In this document: piece after piece, positions 38,842 through 48,151 of the stretch
How positions within the stretch are numbered: the first letter of the stretch is position 1
Layout of the letters: each line of letters begins with the position of its first letter
Assembly (NCBI GenBank): GCA_963851265.1
Contig: CAWKNZ010000007.1
Span: 96,001 to 160,000, forward strand
Length of the DNA stretch: 64,000 nucleotides
Reading direction: 5' to 3'
From: an uncultured Gemmatimonadales bacterium
GTDB taxonomy: Bacteria; Gemmatimonadota; Gemmatimonadetes; Gemmatimonadales; Gemmatimonadaceae
The notes under the pieces: generated by a model
Told to the model about the DNA's origin: nothing
The model's input: the letters and a program-made list of their open reading frames with translations, nothing else
Database searches by the model: none
Translations under genes and position numbers: made by a program

Positions 38842-40446
38842 ATGCTGGCCCGCGTCTGTGGTGCAGTGTGCTTCGGTGCGGTGCTCTGCGCCTGTCGTGG
38901 CGACGGACCGGCGGATCCGGCGGCTCCGCCCGGCTCCGCGTCGACGGCGGTACACCAGGGGTACTATGTGGCACCAAGCGGAACGGCCACAGGCACGGGA
39001 CGCATGGATGATCCGTGGGACCTCACGACGGCGCTCGCGCAGCCGAGCGTCGTGCAGGCGGGTGATACCCTTTGGCTGCGTGGGGGCCAGTATCGGGGCG
39101 AATTCGTCAGCCGAATCTCGGGCGCCACGGACCGTCCCATCGTCGTGCGGCAAGCGCCTGGCGAGCGCGCGACGATCGATGGTCGTCTCACGATCGAGGG
39201 ACAGAACGCGTACTACTGGGGGTTCGAGGTCACGTACTCGGACCCGACCCGCGTCACCGATCAACCTGGCTCAGATCCGGCGCATCTCGCGCGCGCGCGG
39301 ATGACCGTTCTCGTCAGCGGGTCGCACGTGAAACTCATCAACCTGGTCGTCCATGACTTGGGCGACGGTCTCTTTTCCGGCGCCGCTGCGCAAGGACTCG
39401 AGGTCTACGGGAGTTTGTTCTACAACAACGGCTGGCTCGCGCCGGACGGCGTGAAAGGGCACAACCTGTATCTGCAGAACGACGGCGAACAGAAGACCAT
39501 CGCCGACAACGTCGCGTTCAATTCCTTCGCCTACGGCCTACACCTCTACGGGAGTGACGCCGCGACCCTCTACAACTTCCGGGTCGAAGGCAACACGATC
39601 TTCAACAGCGGAATCGGCGGTGGTGTGGCAACCGGTGGGCTGCCCAACATTCTGATGCGTGGCGCGGACGGGCGCTTCGGCCGTAGCGCATTTATCGACA
39701 ACAATCTGTACCAGGACACGGGTCTCGCCACGAGCGTGCAATTCGGTGCTGCCGGCGAGCAGCCCGGCGAGGACATCGAGTTCCGCGGCAACACGGTCCA
39801 GGGTCCGCTCAGCTTCAACGAATCGCGCCGGTACGTTGTCAGCAGCAACCGCGTGACGTCTGGATCCGGCGTGCTGAGCGATGAGACGGTGCTCGTCGGA
39901 TATCGGCCGCCCGGCGCGGACACCGCTCGCAGCACGTTTCAAACGAATCGATGGGACGGTAACGTGTACGCGTCTCCACCCGGCAACACGCAGGACCCGT
40001 TCTTCGTGGGTTTCTCGCCCGACGCTCCGACGTTGCGTTTTGACGAATGGCGACGCCGGACCGGCTTCGACGTCACCAGCACGTACGTCGCCGGCCCGCT
40101 GCCAGCCGACGCCGCGCGTGACATCGTGGTCCGCCCGAATCGGTATGAGCCCGGCCGTGCGCTCATCACGATCTGGAATCTCAGCAACGCCGGGGTCGCC
40201 GGGGTGAACGTGTCGGGCGTGCTGCGGCCCGGCGACCGGTACGAGGTCCACCATGTGTACGACGTTTTCGGCCCGGCCGTGACGACCGGGACGTACGTCG
40301 GCGGCGACATCGAACTGCCACTGACGCCGCGTCTCGCGCCGGCTCCGATCGGCCTGGGAACATCGGGGCATCCGTCGAACGCGTTTCAGGTGTTCGTGCT
40401 TCGAGCCCTTCAACCCTCTCGTGTGCAGGGGCTGCTGAGGCCGTAG
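38842..40446 (+). CDS. Secreted beta-helix lipoprotein, paralogue of 18933-20513
   Basis: Lipobox LCA-C; shares PWDLxTALAQP, RQAPGERATIDG, YGSLFYNNGW, NILMRG and VVRPNRYEPGRA with the paralogue. Confidence 0.75.
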   Translation: MLARVCGAVCFGAVLCACRGDGPADPAAPPGSASTAVHQGYYVAPSGTATGTGRMDDPWDLTTALAQPSVVQAGDTLWLRGGQYRGEFVSRISGATDRPIVVRQAPGERATIDGRLTIEGQNAYYWGFEVTYSDPTRVTDQPGSDPAHLARARMTVLVSGSHVKLINLVVHDLGDGLFSGAAAQGLEVYGSLFYNNGWLAPDGVKGHNLYLQNDGEQKTIADNVAFNSFAYGLHLYGSDAATLYNFRVEGNTIFNSGIGGGVATGGLPNILMRGADGRFGRSAFIDNNLYQDTGLATSVQFGAAGEQPGEDIEFRGNTVQGPLSFNESRRYVVSSNRVTSGSGVLSDETVLVGYRPPGADTARSTFQTNRWDGNVYASPPGNTQDPFFVGFSPDAPTLRFDEWRRRTGFDVTSTYVAGPLPADAARDIVVRPNRYEPGRALITIWNLSNAGVAGVNVSGVLRPGDRYEVHHVYDVFGPAVTTGTYVGGDIELPLTPRLAPAPIGLGTSGHPSNAFQVFVLRALQPSRVQGLLRP

Positions 40447-40537
40447 CCGTTGCCCGGCGAGAGCATCCCGACGCGCCAGCTCGTCGGTGTGCTGCGCCTC
40501 GCCCACGAGCAGTCCCACGGCGAGCGCGAAGCACTTA

Positions 40538-40895
40538 CCGGCGGTTTCGCAACTCGATTAGCGGTCCGGTGCTCGATGCTATCCCGCCGCTCACGACGGG
40601 GCGGCGCTGCCGCCCACGCCGGCGCCCCGTCAAGCTCCACGCCGACAAGGGCTTCCACCACCGGCGCTGCCGCGACGCACTGCGTGCAGCGCGGGATCAA
40701 GCACCGAATCGCGCGCAAAGGGATCGAGTCGAAGACGCACCTGGGGCGTAGCCGCTGGGTGGTGGAACGCATATCTGCGCGGATCGCGCGCTACCGACGG
40801 CTCACGATCCGCTATGAGCGGCTGGTCGCGACGCACCGCGCCTTCCTGCATCTCGGCTTCGCCTCAACTACCTACAACGGTTGGGAAACCGTCAG
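40538..40895 (+). mobile_element. Internally deleted IS5-family element (MITE-like) with terminal inverted repeats and TA flanks
   Basis: Left ACTTACCGGCGGTTTCGCAAC (40533-40553) vs reverse complement of right ACTTACTGACGGTTTCCCAAC (40880-40900): 18/21 identical. TA at 40536-37 and 40896-97. Confidence 0.8.
40569..40895 (+). pseudogene. IS5-family transposase C-terminal fragment, frameshifted
   Basis: One frame reads DAIPP...RPRRRPVKLHADKGF. After a shift near 40680-40690 another frame reads RGIKHRIARKGIES...LGRSRWVVER...YRRLTIRYER...AFLHL. Confidence 0.85.
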
Positions 40896-40939
40896 TAAGT
40901 TCGCCGTACCGCCGCACACGCCCTTCCGACCCGTTACCC

Positions 40940-41764
40940 GTGCCCGACACGCCTCACGTCCTGCCCGCGGCCGCGCCGGCCGCCCGAGCGTTCGAGGGGC
41001 GCGTCGCGCTCGTCACGGGCGGCGGGTCCGGCATCGGTCGCGCGTCCGCGCTCGCCTTCGCGCGCCTCGGCGCCCGCCTCGTGCTCGGCGACGTGAGCGA
41101 GGAGGGCCTCGCCGCGACGCGCGCGCTGCTCGGAGGCGAGGGCGTGGCGGCCGCGGGCGTGCGCACGGCCCGCACCGACGTGCGCCGCGACGACGAGGTG
41201 GCCGCACTCGTCGCGCTCGCGGCCGACGGCTTCGGGCGGCTCGACTTCGCGCTCAACGCCGCCGGCGTCGGCGGGGTCGAGGCGCGCGCGGCCGACTACC
41301 CCGAAGACGACTGGGTGCGCACGCTGGACATCAACCTCACCGGCGTCTGGCGCTCGATGCGTCACGAATTGCCCGCGATGCTCGCCACCGTGCAGGCGCA
41401 CGGCGGGACGGCGTCGCTCGTGAACGTGGCCTCGATCGCCGGGGTGAACGGCTTCCCGAAGCACGTCGCCTACGCGGCGAGCAAGCACGGCGTGGTCGGG
41501 CTCACGCGCTCCGCGGCGCTCGAGTACGCGCAGGCCGGCGTGCGCGTCAACGCGCTCTGCCCGGGGTTCACCGCGACCCCGATGGTCGAGCAGATCACGC
41601 GCGGCGACGCCGGGCGCGAGGCGCGGCTCGCGTCGCGGGTGCCGTTAGGCAGACTCGGCGCGGCCGAGGAGATCGCGGCGGCGGCGGTGTACCTGTGTTC
41701 CGACGCGGCCGCGTTCATGGTGGGTCACGCGCTCGTGCTGGACGGGGGCATCACCGCGGCGTGA
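40940..41764 (+). CDS. Short-chain dehydrogenase/reductase
   Basis: TGGGSGIG, NAAG, YAASK, VNALCPG and DGG. Confidence 0.92.
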   Translation: MPDTPHVLPAAAPAARAFEGRVALVTGGGSGIGRASALAFARLGARLVLGDVSEEGLAATRALLGGEGVAAAGVRTARTDVRRDDEVAALVALAADGFGRLDFALNAAGVGGVEARAADYPEDDWVRTLDINLTGVWRSMRHELPAMLATVQAHGGTASLVNVASIAGVNGFPKHVAYAASKHGVVGLTRSAALEYAQAGVRVNALCPGFTATPMVEQITRGDAGREARLASRVPLGRLGAAEEIAAAAVYLCSDAAAFMVGHALVLDGGITAA

Positions 41765-41798
41765 GGCGGCCGCCGCGCGGCGCGCCGCCTCACGCCGC
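41756..41798. terminator. Strong hairpin between convergent SDR and S9 peptidase genes
   Basis: GCGGCGTGAGGCGGC (41756-41770) pairs perfectly with GCCGCCTCACGCCGC (41784-41798). Confidence 0.6.
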
Positions 41799-41800
41799 CG

Positions 41801-44104
41801 TCACCGCTTCACCGCCCCCGCCGCGTTGGGCGGCGGCGTCACCGGCGGCGCCGCGTGCAGCCGGTACCCGGCCGGCGGCTCGGCGCCTAACAGATACCGG
41901 ACGAAGTAGTCCCACCGGCGCCGGATCATGTACGGCTCCCCGCCGAACCCGTGCCGCCGGTTGGGCAGCGGGAGCACGTCGACGTCCTTGTTGGCCGCGA
42001 TGAGCGCGTCGACGAGCACGAGCGAGTTGTCGGGCGGCACGTTGTCGTCGGCCGTGCCGTAGGCGACCAGCAGGTGCCCCTTGAGCGCGCCCGCGCGCAG
42101 CTCGTCCGCCTGCGCGTCGTAGTTGCTGGTGCCGTCCGCGTTGCGGACCAGGAGCCCCGTCCACTTCTCGCCCCAGTCGTCCTCGTACAGGCGGTTGTCG
42201 TGGTTGCCGGCCTCGCTCACGCCCGCCTTGAAGAAGTCGGGGAAGCGGAGCATCGCCGACGCCGTCGCGTAACCGCCGCCGGAGTGCCCCCACACGCCGA
42301 CGCGCGACGAGTCGACCCACGGGTAGCGCGCCGCGAGCTGGCGCACCGCGGCCACCTGGTCGGGGATCCCGTTGTCGCCCATGTCGGCGGCGTACGCCGC
42401 GTGGAAGGCCTTCGAGCGGAGCGGAGTGCCTAACGCGTCGAGCTGGACGACGACGAAGCCGAGCTCCGCCATCGCGCGCGCGTCCCCGCGCACGGGCGAG
42501 AAGCTGCGGCTGCCCACCGAGCCCACCTGCGGGCCCGGGTAGACGTTCACGACCACCGGGTACCGCCGGGCGGCGTCGAACGCGGTGGGCCGGTAGAGCA
42601 GACCGTACAGGTCGGTCCGCCCGTCGCGCGCCTTGGTCGTGAACGGCACCGGCGCCGTCCACCCGGTCGCGACGAGGCGCGACACGTCGCCGCGCGCGAG
42701 CGTCGCGGAAACGCGCCCCGTGGCCGCGTCGCGGAGCACGAGCACGGGCGGCACCTCGGGCCGCGAGTACGCGTCGACCACCGTGCGCCCGTCGGGCGAG
42801 AGGGAGACCTCGTGATCGGCGTCCTCGGGGGTGAGGAGCCGCGACCCTGCGCGGTCGAGCGAGGCGCGGTAGAGGTGGCGGAAGTACGGGTCGCGCCCGG
42901 GCTCGCGGCCGACGGCCGTGAACAGCACCGAGCGCGCGCGCTCGTCGACCGCGAGCACCCGCGCGACGTCGCCGGCGCCGGTCGTGATCTGGCGCTTGAG
43001 GCGGCCGTTCGCGAGGTCGTACAGGTACAGCTGCCCCCAGTCGTCGCGCTCCGAGAACCAGAGCACTTCGTTGGTGCCCCAGAGGACGCGCCAGTTGGGC
43101 TGGTCGGTCACCACGTCGTACCCCGATTCGAAGAACGTCGGCGTGGTCTCGTCGAGCACGTCGCGCACCGTGCCGGTCGCCGCGTCGGCCACGCGCAGCG
43201 TCGCGCGCTTGTGGTCGCGCGAGCTCGACACGAACGCCAGGCGCGACGCGTCGGGACTCCACTCCACGTCCACCCAGCGGTTGCCGCAGACGATGTGGTC
43301 GCAGAGCGTGGAGCGGTGCGGGTCGGGCGGGAGCTGGAGCGGCACCACGCGCGGGGCCGCGCCCGAGAGGTCGATCACGACGCGCCGGATGGTGCTGATC
43401 ACGCTGTCGCCGACGAACGGGTACTTCCACGCCTCGAGCCGCGGGTGGCCGACGCGCGCGGCGGTCGACGTGCGTACGAGGTAGAAGTCGCCCACGGCGC
43501 GGTCGTCCTGCTGAAACGTCGCGATCTTCCTCGAGTCGGGCGACCAGAGCACGACGGCGCGGCCACTCCGCACCCATCCGGCGTTGTCGGTGGCGTACCC
43601 GTCGTCCTTCACGCCGTCCGTGGTGAGCTGCTGCTCGTTGCCGCCGGCCGCGTCGCGCACCCACAGGTTGTAGTCGCGCACGAACGCGACGCGCCGGCCG
43701 TCCGGCGACACGGCCATGTCGCGGCGCTCGGGCGCGGCGGCCGCGGCGCGCGTCACGGCGCGGATGCCGGCGGTGTCGGTGACCACCTGGGTGGCCCCAC
43801 GCGCGGGGTCGACCACGGTGACGCTCGCGCCGCGGGCGGTGCCGTCGGCGGGCGTCGCGAACGCGAGCCGTCCGTCGGGCAGCCACGCGGGGCGACCCGG
43901 GAGCGACACGAGCGGCAGCGCGTTCCACGCCATGTAGCGTTCGGCGCGGGCGTAATCGCTGTCGGCGAGCGCGCGCGGCGCGGGCTGCGCCGGCACCCTA
44001 CGCGACGGGGCAAATGCGACGGCGCCGGCGAGCAGGCTCGCGACCAGGGGCGCGCGCGTGAGCGGCGAGCGCGTGCGGCGCGCGCGCGTGAAGGGGCGGA
44101 GCAT
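41801..44104 (-). CDS. S9B-family dipeptidyl-peptidase IV-like serine peptidase, secreted
   Basis: Signal peptide, WSPD propeller repeats, YPGP, GHSGGG nucleophile, DDNV and RHG. Confidence 0.92.
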   Translation of the reverse strand: MLRPFTRARRTRSPLTRAPLVASLLAGAVAFAPSRRVPAQPAPRALADSDYARAERYMAWNALPLVSLPGRPAWLPDGRLAFATPADGTARGASVTVVDPARGATQVVTDTAGIRAVTRAAAAAPERRDMAVSPDGRRVAFVRDYNLWVRDAAGGNEQQLTTDGVKDDGYATDNAGWVRSGRAVVLWSPDSRKIATFQQDDRAVGDFYLVRTSTAARVGHPRLEAWKYPFVGDSVISTIRRVVIDLSGAAPRVVPLQLPPDPHRSTLCDHIVCGNRWVDVEWSPDASRLAFVSSSRDHKRATLRVADAATGTVRDVLDETTPTFFESGYDVVTDQPNWRVLWGTNEVLWFSERDDWGQLYLYDLANGRLKRQITTGAGDVARVLAVDERARSVLFTAVGREPGRDPYFRHLYRASLDRAGSRLLTPEDADHEVSLSPDGRTVVDAYSRPEVPPVLVLRDAATGRVSATLARGDVSRLVATGWTAPVPFTTKARDGRTDLYGLLYRPTAFDAARRYPVVVNVYPGPQVGSVGSRSFSPVRGDARAMAELGFVVVQLDALGTPLRSKAFHAAYAADMGDNGIPDQVAAVRQLAARYPWVDSSRVGVWGHSGGGYATASAMLRFPDFFKAGVSEAGNHDNRLYEDDWGEKWTGLLVRNADGTSNYDAQADELRAGALKGHLLVAYGTADDNVPPDNSLVLVDALIAANKDVDVLPLPNRRHGFGGEPYMIRRRWDYFVRYLLGAEPPAGYRLHAAPPVTPPPNAAGAVKR

Positions 44105-44280
44105 GAGACGGGGCGGGAGGACCGCGCCGGGCCGGCGCGACCCGACGAGCTTCTCCAGTGTACGGGCCAGCTCGCCGTTGCGCTGGCGGCCTCGGCGCCG
44201 GTCGCGTCATTGCGCTCGCGCCCCGCCCGGGTAGGATGCGAGGTCGATCGCTCGTGCCCGCCCCCCGTGCCCCCCGCCCG

Positions 44281-45459
44281 ATGCCGAGTGCCACCCCCGC
44301 CCGTCGCGCGTCGCGTGCCGTGCTCGCGACCGCCGCCCTCCAGCTCGCCGCCCTGACCATCGCCCCGACGGTCCGCTCGGCTGGCGCACAAGGCCGGGCG
44401 CCGGCGAGTCCATCGGCGTCGGACACGACGCGCCCGCGCACGCACCGGCTCATGCCCTCGCCGACCACGGTGGCGTGGGGCTACTACGATGCGAAGGCGA
44501 CACCGGTCCTCCACGTGCGCTCCGGAGACACCGTCGTCGTCGGCACCCTCATCACGTCGAGCCCCGACCGCCTCGAGCGCGCGGGGGTCCCGGCGGCCGC
44601 CGTGGAGCCGGCGCTCCGCGCCATCTACGCGCAGGTCACGAACAAGGGCCCGGGCGGGCACATCCTCACCGGCCCGATCTACGTCGACGGCGCGGAGCCG
44701 GGCGACGTGCTCGAGGTGCACATCGACCGGATCGCCCTGGCCATCCCGTACGCGTACAACGCGTTCGGCCCGGGGAGCGGCTTCCTCCCCGAGGACTTCG
44801 GCTACGCGCGGATGAAGATCATCCCGCTCGACTCCGCGGCGGGAGTCGCGCACTTCGCCCCGGGGATCGACGTCCCCATGCGCCCGTTCTTCGGCTCGAT
44901 CGGCGTGGCGCCGCCGCCGAGCATGGGCCGCCTCAACTCGGCGCCGCCGGGCGTGCACGCGGGCAACCTCGACAACAAGTACTTCGTCGCGGGCACGGTG
45001 CTGTCGATCCCGGTGCACGCGCCCGGCGCGCTCCTCGAGGTGGGAGACGGCCACGCGGGGCAGGGGAACGGCGAGGTCGACATCACCGCGCTCGAGACCT
45101 CGCTCGTGGGCACGTTCCGGCTGGTGCTGCGGAAGGACCGGCACCTGACGTGGCCGCGCGGCGAAACGCCGACGCACTGGATCACGATGGGGACCGACAC
45201 GAACCTGGTCCGCGCGACCAAGACCGCCGTGCGCGAGGCGGTGAGTTTCCTGATGACGGAGAAGGGGCTGTCGCACGACGACGCGTACATGCTGGCGAGC
45301 GTCGCGGCGGACGTGGAGATCACCGAGCTCGTCGACGGGAACGTGGGGGTCCACGTGTTGATCCCGAAGGCCGTGTTCACGGGCCGCGGCGCGCTCCGCG
45401 AACCGCTCGGCGACCAGGTCCGCGGCCCGCGCCCGGCGCCGGCGCCCGGCGACCGTTAG
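44281..45459 (+). CDS. Acetamidase/formamidase-family protein with signal peptide
   Basis: GHILTGPIYVDGAEPGD, AGNLD, GDGHAGQGNGEV...ALE and AYMLASV. Confidence 0.9.
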   Translation: MPSATPARRASRAVLATAALQLAALTIAPTVRSAGAQGRAPASPSASDTTRPRTHRLMPSPTTVAWGYYDAKATPVLHVRSGDTVVVGTLITSSPDRLERAGVPAAAVEPALRAIYAQVTNKGPGGHILTGPIYVDGAEPGDVLEVHIDRIALAIPYAYNAFGPGSGFLPEDFGYARMKIIPLDSAAGVAHFAPGIDVPMRPFFGSIGVAPPPSMGRLNSAPPGVHAGNLDNKYFVAGTVLSIPVHAPGALLEVGDGHAGQGNGEVDITALETSLVGTFRLVLRKDRHLTWPRGETPTHWITMGTDTNLVRATKTAVREAVSFLMTEKGLSHDDAYMLASVAADVEITELVDGNVGVHVLIPKAVFTGRGALREPLGDQVRGPRPAPAPGDR

Positions 45460-45474
45460 GCGCCACCCGCCCGC

Positions 45475-46731
45475 TCACCCCTCCCGCAACCCGGGCACGC
45501 GCGCGTACACCCACGCCGCGTACGCCAGCATCGCCGCGCCACCCGCCGCGATCACCCAGTCCACCCCCACCGCGCGCGCCAGCGCCCCGCCGGCCAGCGC
45601 CCCGACCCCCTGGGCCATGCCCACGACGAGGAACGAGTACGCCGCCATGAGCCGCCCGCGCATGGCGTCGGGCACCGTCCGCTGGAGCACCGCGTTGCCT
45701 AACGCACCCGAGACGATCATCGCGACGCCCGTCGCCAGCAGCACGACCTCGGCCGCGACGACGTTGCGCACCGCGGCGAGCGCGACGAGGAGCACGGGGT
45801 AGGCGACCGTCGACCACATCAGCCACCGCCCCGGGCGCACGCGCGCGCCGAACGCCGCGAGGCCCAGCGCGCCGGCGAGTCCGCCCGCCCCCACCGCGGC
45901 GAGCAGCGCGCCGTAGCCACGGGCGCCGAGTCCCAGCACGTCGCGCGCGAGCACCGACATCAGCGCGAGGTACGGCGTGCCGCACACCGAGTAGACGAGC
46001 GTGAGGCCGAGGATCGCCCGAACCGTCGGGACGCGCCACACGTAGCGGAAGCCCTCCGCGAGCCCGTCCCACGGCGAGCCGTGGTGCGCACCGCGCTCCG
46101 CGCGCGGAAGGCGGATCCGGAGCAGCCCCGCGAGGACGGCGAGGTAGCTCAGCGCGTTCAGCCCGAAGCACCACCCGATCCCGAGTGTCGCGATCGCGGC
46201 GGCGCCGAGCGCGGGGCCGACGATGCGCGCGAGGTTGAAGCCGCTCGAGTTGAGCGCGATCGCCTGCGGCAGATCGTCCCGTCCCACCAGGTCGACGATC
46301 AGCGACTGACGCGCCGGCACCTCGAACGCCGTACAGGTGCCGCCGAGGCAGGCGAGCGCGAGCATCCAGTGGATCGTGACGTGGCCCGAGACGGTCAGCG
46401 CCCAGAGCGCGACGGCCTGCACGAGCAGCATGGCCTGCATCGCGGTGACCAGCCGCAGCCGGTCCACGCGGTCGACGAGCACCCCTGCGGGGAACGAGAG
46501 TACGAGCACCGGGAACGCGCCCACCGAGGCGACCAGGCCGACCAGAAACGGGTCGTTGGTGAGCTGCAGGGCGAGCCATCCTTCGGCCATGACCTGCATC
46601 CACGTGCCGACGAGCGACGCGGTCTGCCCGAACCAGAACAGCCGGAAGTTCCGGTGCCGGGCGAGGGTTCGGAACGGGTTCAGCGACGTGGCGGCTGCAC
46701 GGGCGCGGGATGGACCGACGGACGATGACAC
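45475..46731 (-). CDS. MFS transporter (start uncertain)
   Basis: RHRNFRLFWFGQ..S.VGTWMQ, GVLVDRVDR, PARQS, NLARIVGPALG and MRGRLM. Confidence 0.9.
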   Translation of the reverse strand: MSSSVGPSRARAAATSLNPFRTLARHRNFRLFWFGQTASLVGTWMQVMAEGWLALQLTNDPFLVGLVASVGAFPVLVLSFPAGVLVDRVDRLRLVTAMQAMLLVQAVALWALTVSGHVTIHWMLALACLGGTCTAFEVPARQSLIVDLVGRDDLPQAIALNSSGFNLARIVGPALGAAAIATLGIGWCFGLNALSYLAVLAGLLRIRLPRAERGAHHGSPWDGLAEGFRYVWRVPTVRAILGLTLVYSVCGTPYLALMSVLARDVLGLGARGYGALLAAVGAGGLAGALGLAAFGARVRPGRWLMWSTVAYPVLLVALAAVRNVVAAEVVLLATGVAMIVSGALGNAVLQRTVPDAMRGRLMAAYSFLVVGMAQGVGALAGGALARAVGVDWVIAAGGAAMLAYAAWVYARVPGLREG

Positions 46732-46746
46732 GAGACGCGAGCGGGT

Positions 46747-46814
46747 GACCGGGCGGGCGCGACCGGGCGGGCGCGACCGGGCGGGCGCGACCGGGGGCGC
46801 GGCGCGACCGGGCG
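46747..46814. repeat. 14-bp tandem repeat GACCGGGCGGGCGC
   Basis: Perfect copies at 46747, 46761 and 46775; degenerate copies at 46789 and 46806. Confidence 0.9.
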
Positions 46815-46942
46815 CCGCCCCGGAACATACCCGTCCCGGGCCGCGCGCCCCCGCGGCTGGGCCCTCCTGGCGGGTCCGATCGCGAGCGAGGGCACACCAA
46901 CGGCCGCCGGGCGTATGACGGAGGTCCCTCACCCGCGCCGCC

Positions 46943-48151
46943 ATGCCCGACGTCTCTCCCGCGTTCCGCCTCAGCGTCCTCGATCAGTCCCCGATCCCCG
47001 AGGGGAGCAGCGGCGCGGACGCCCTCCGCGCTTCGGTCGCGCTCGCCCGCGACGCCGACGCGCTCGGCTACGACCGGTTCTGGGTGGCCGAACACCACGG
47101 CACGCCCGGCCTGGCCGGCGCGAGCCCGGAGGTACTGATCTCGGCGGTCGCGGCCGCGGCGCCGCGCATTCACGTCGGGAGCGGGGGGGTGATGCTGCCG
47201 CACTACAGCCCGCTCAGGGTGGCCGAGACGTTCAGCGCCCTCGCCGGGCTCTACCCGGGTCGCATCGACCTCGGGCTCGGGCGTGCGGCGGGTACCGATC
47301 CGGGCACCGCGTTCGCTCTCCAGCGCGATCGGCGGACCAGCGCGCCCGACGACTTCCCCGAGCAGCTCGTCGAACTGCTCGGCTACCTCGACGGCACGCT
47401 GCCGCCGGAGCACGGCTTCTCGCACCTCGCCGACACGCTCCCCGGTCTGCCCGAAGCGCCCCGGCCGTGGCTGCTCGGTTCGTCGCCGCAGAGCGGCATC
47501 TGGGCCGCCGAGCTCGGGCTGCCCTACGCGTTCGCCGATTTCATCAACCCGCACGGCGCCGAGATCGCGCGGCGCTACCGCGACACGTTCACCCCGGCGA
47601 CCAGCGCGCGGCCGGGGCGCGGGCGCACGGAGGCCCGCCCGCACGTGGCCGTCTGCGTGTGGACCCTCTGCGCCGACACCGACGCGGAGGCCGAGCGCCT
47701 CGCGACGAGTGGGAGGATGATGTTCACGCTCCTGCGGCGGGGCGAACTCGTCGCCGTCCCCACCGTCGAGCGGGCGGAGCGCTTCCTCGCGGCCGAGCGC
47801 GCGCGCAGGGCGCTGCCGGTCGGACGACGCACCGTCGTCGGCTCGCCCGAGACGGTGCGCGCGGGGATCGAGTCGGTGGCGCGCGCGTACGCCGCCGACG
47901 AGGTGTTCGTCGTGACCATCGCGCACGACCAGCAGGCGCGGCGGCGCTCGTACGCGCTGATCGCCGACGCGTTCGGGCTGTCAGCCGGCGCCGGGCTCTC
48001 CGGCGAGCGTGCCGCGGTCGCGCGTCTCGGGCATGCGCAGGTAGACGACGAGCGAGGCGGCGACGCACGCGGCGACGTACCAGAAGTACCAGCGCTCGTG
48101 CCCGGCCTTGCGCGCCCAGAGCGCGAGGTACTCAGCGGTGCCGCCAAATAA
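46943..48151 (+). CDS. Luciferase-like (LLM-class) flavin-dependent oxidoreductase
   Basis: LSVLDQSP, RFWVAEHH, GSGGVMLPHYSP, RIDLGLGRA and WLLGSS. Confidence 0.92.
   Translation: MPDVSPAFRLSVLDQSPIPEGSSGADALRASVALARDADALGYDRFWVAEHHGTPGLAGASPEVLISAVAAAAPRIHVGSGGVMLPHYSPLRVAETFSALAGLYPGRIDLGLGRAAGTDPGTAFALQRDRRTSAPDDFPEQLVELLGYLDGTLPPEHGFSHLADTLPGLPEAPRPWLLGSSPQSGIWAAELGLPYAFADFINPHGAEIARRYRDTFTPATSARPGRGRTEARPHVAVCVWTLCADTDAEAERLATSGRMMFTLLRRGELVAVPTVERAERFLAAERARRALPVGRRTVVGSPETVRAGIESVARAYAADEVFVVTIAHDQQARRRSYALIADAFGLSAGAGLSGERAAVARLGHAQVDDERGGDARGDVPEVPALVPGLARPEREVLSGAAK

Noticed and set aside
40450..42003. 517-aa ORF as an intact transposase or fusion protein
   Set aside because: Only ~70 aa resemble IS5 transposase. 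The rest is an off-frame reading of the SDR gene.
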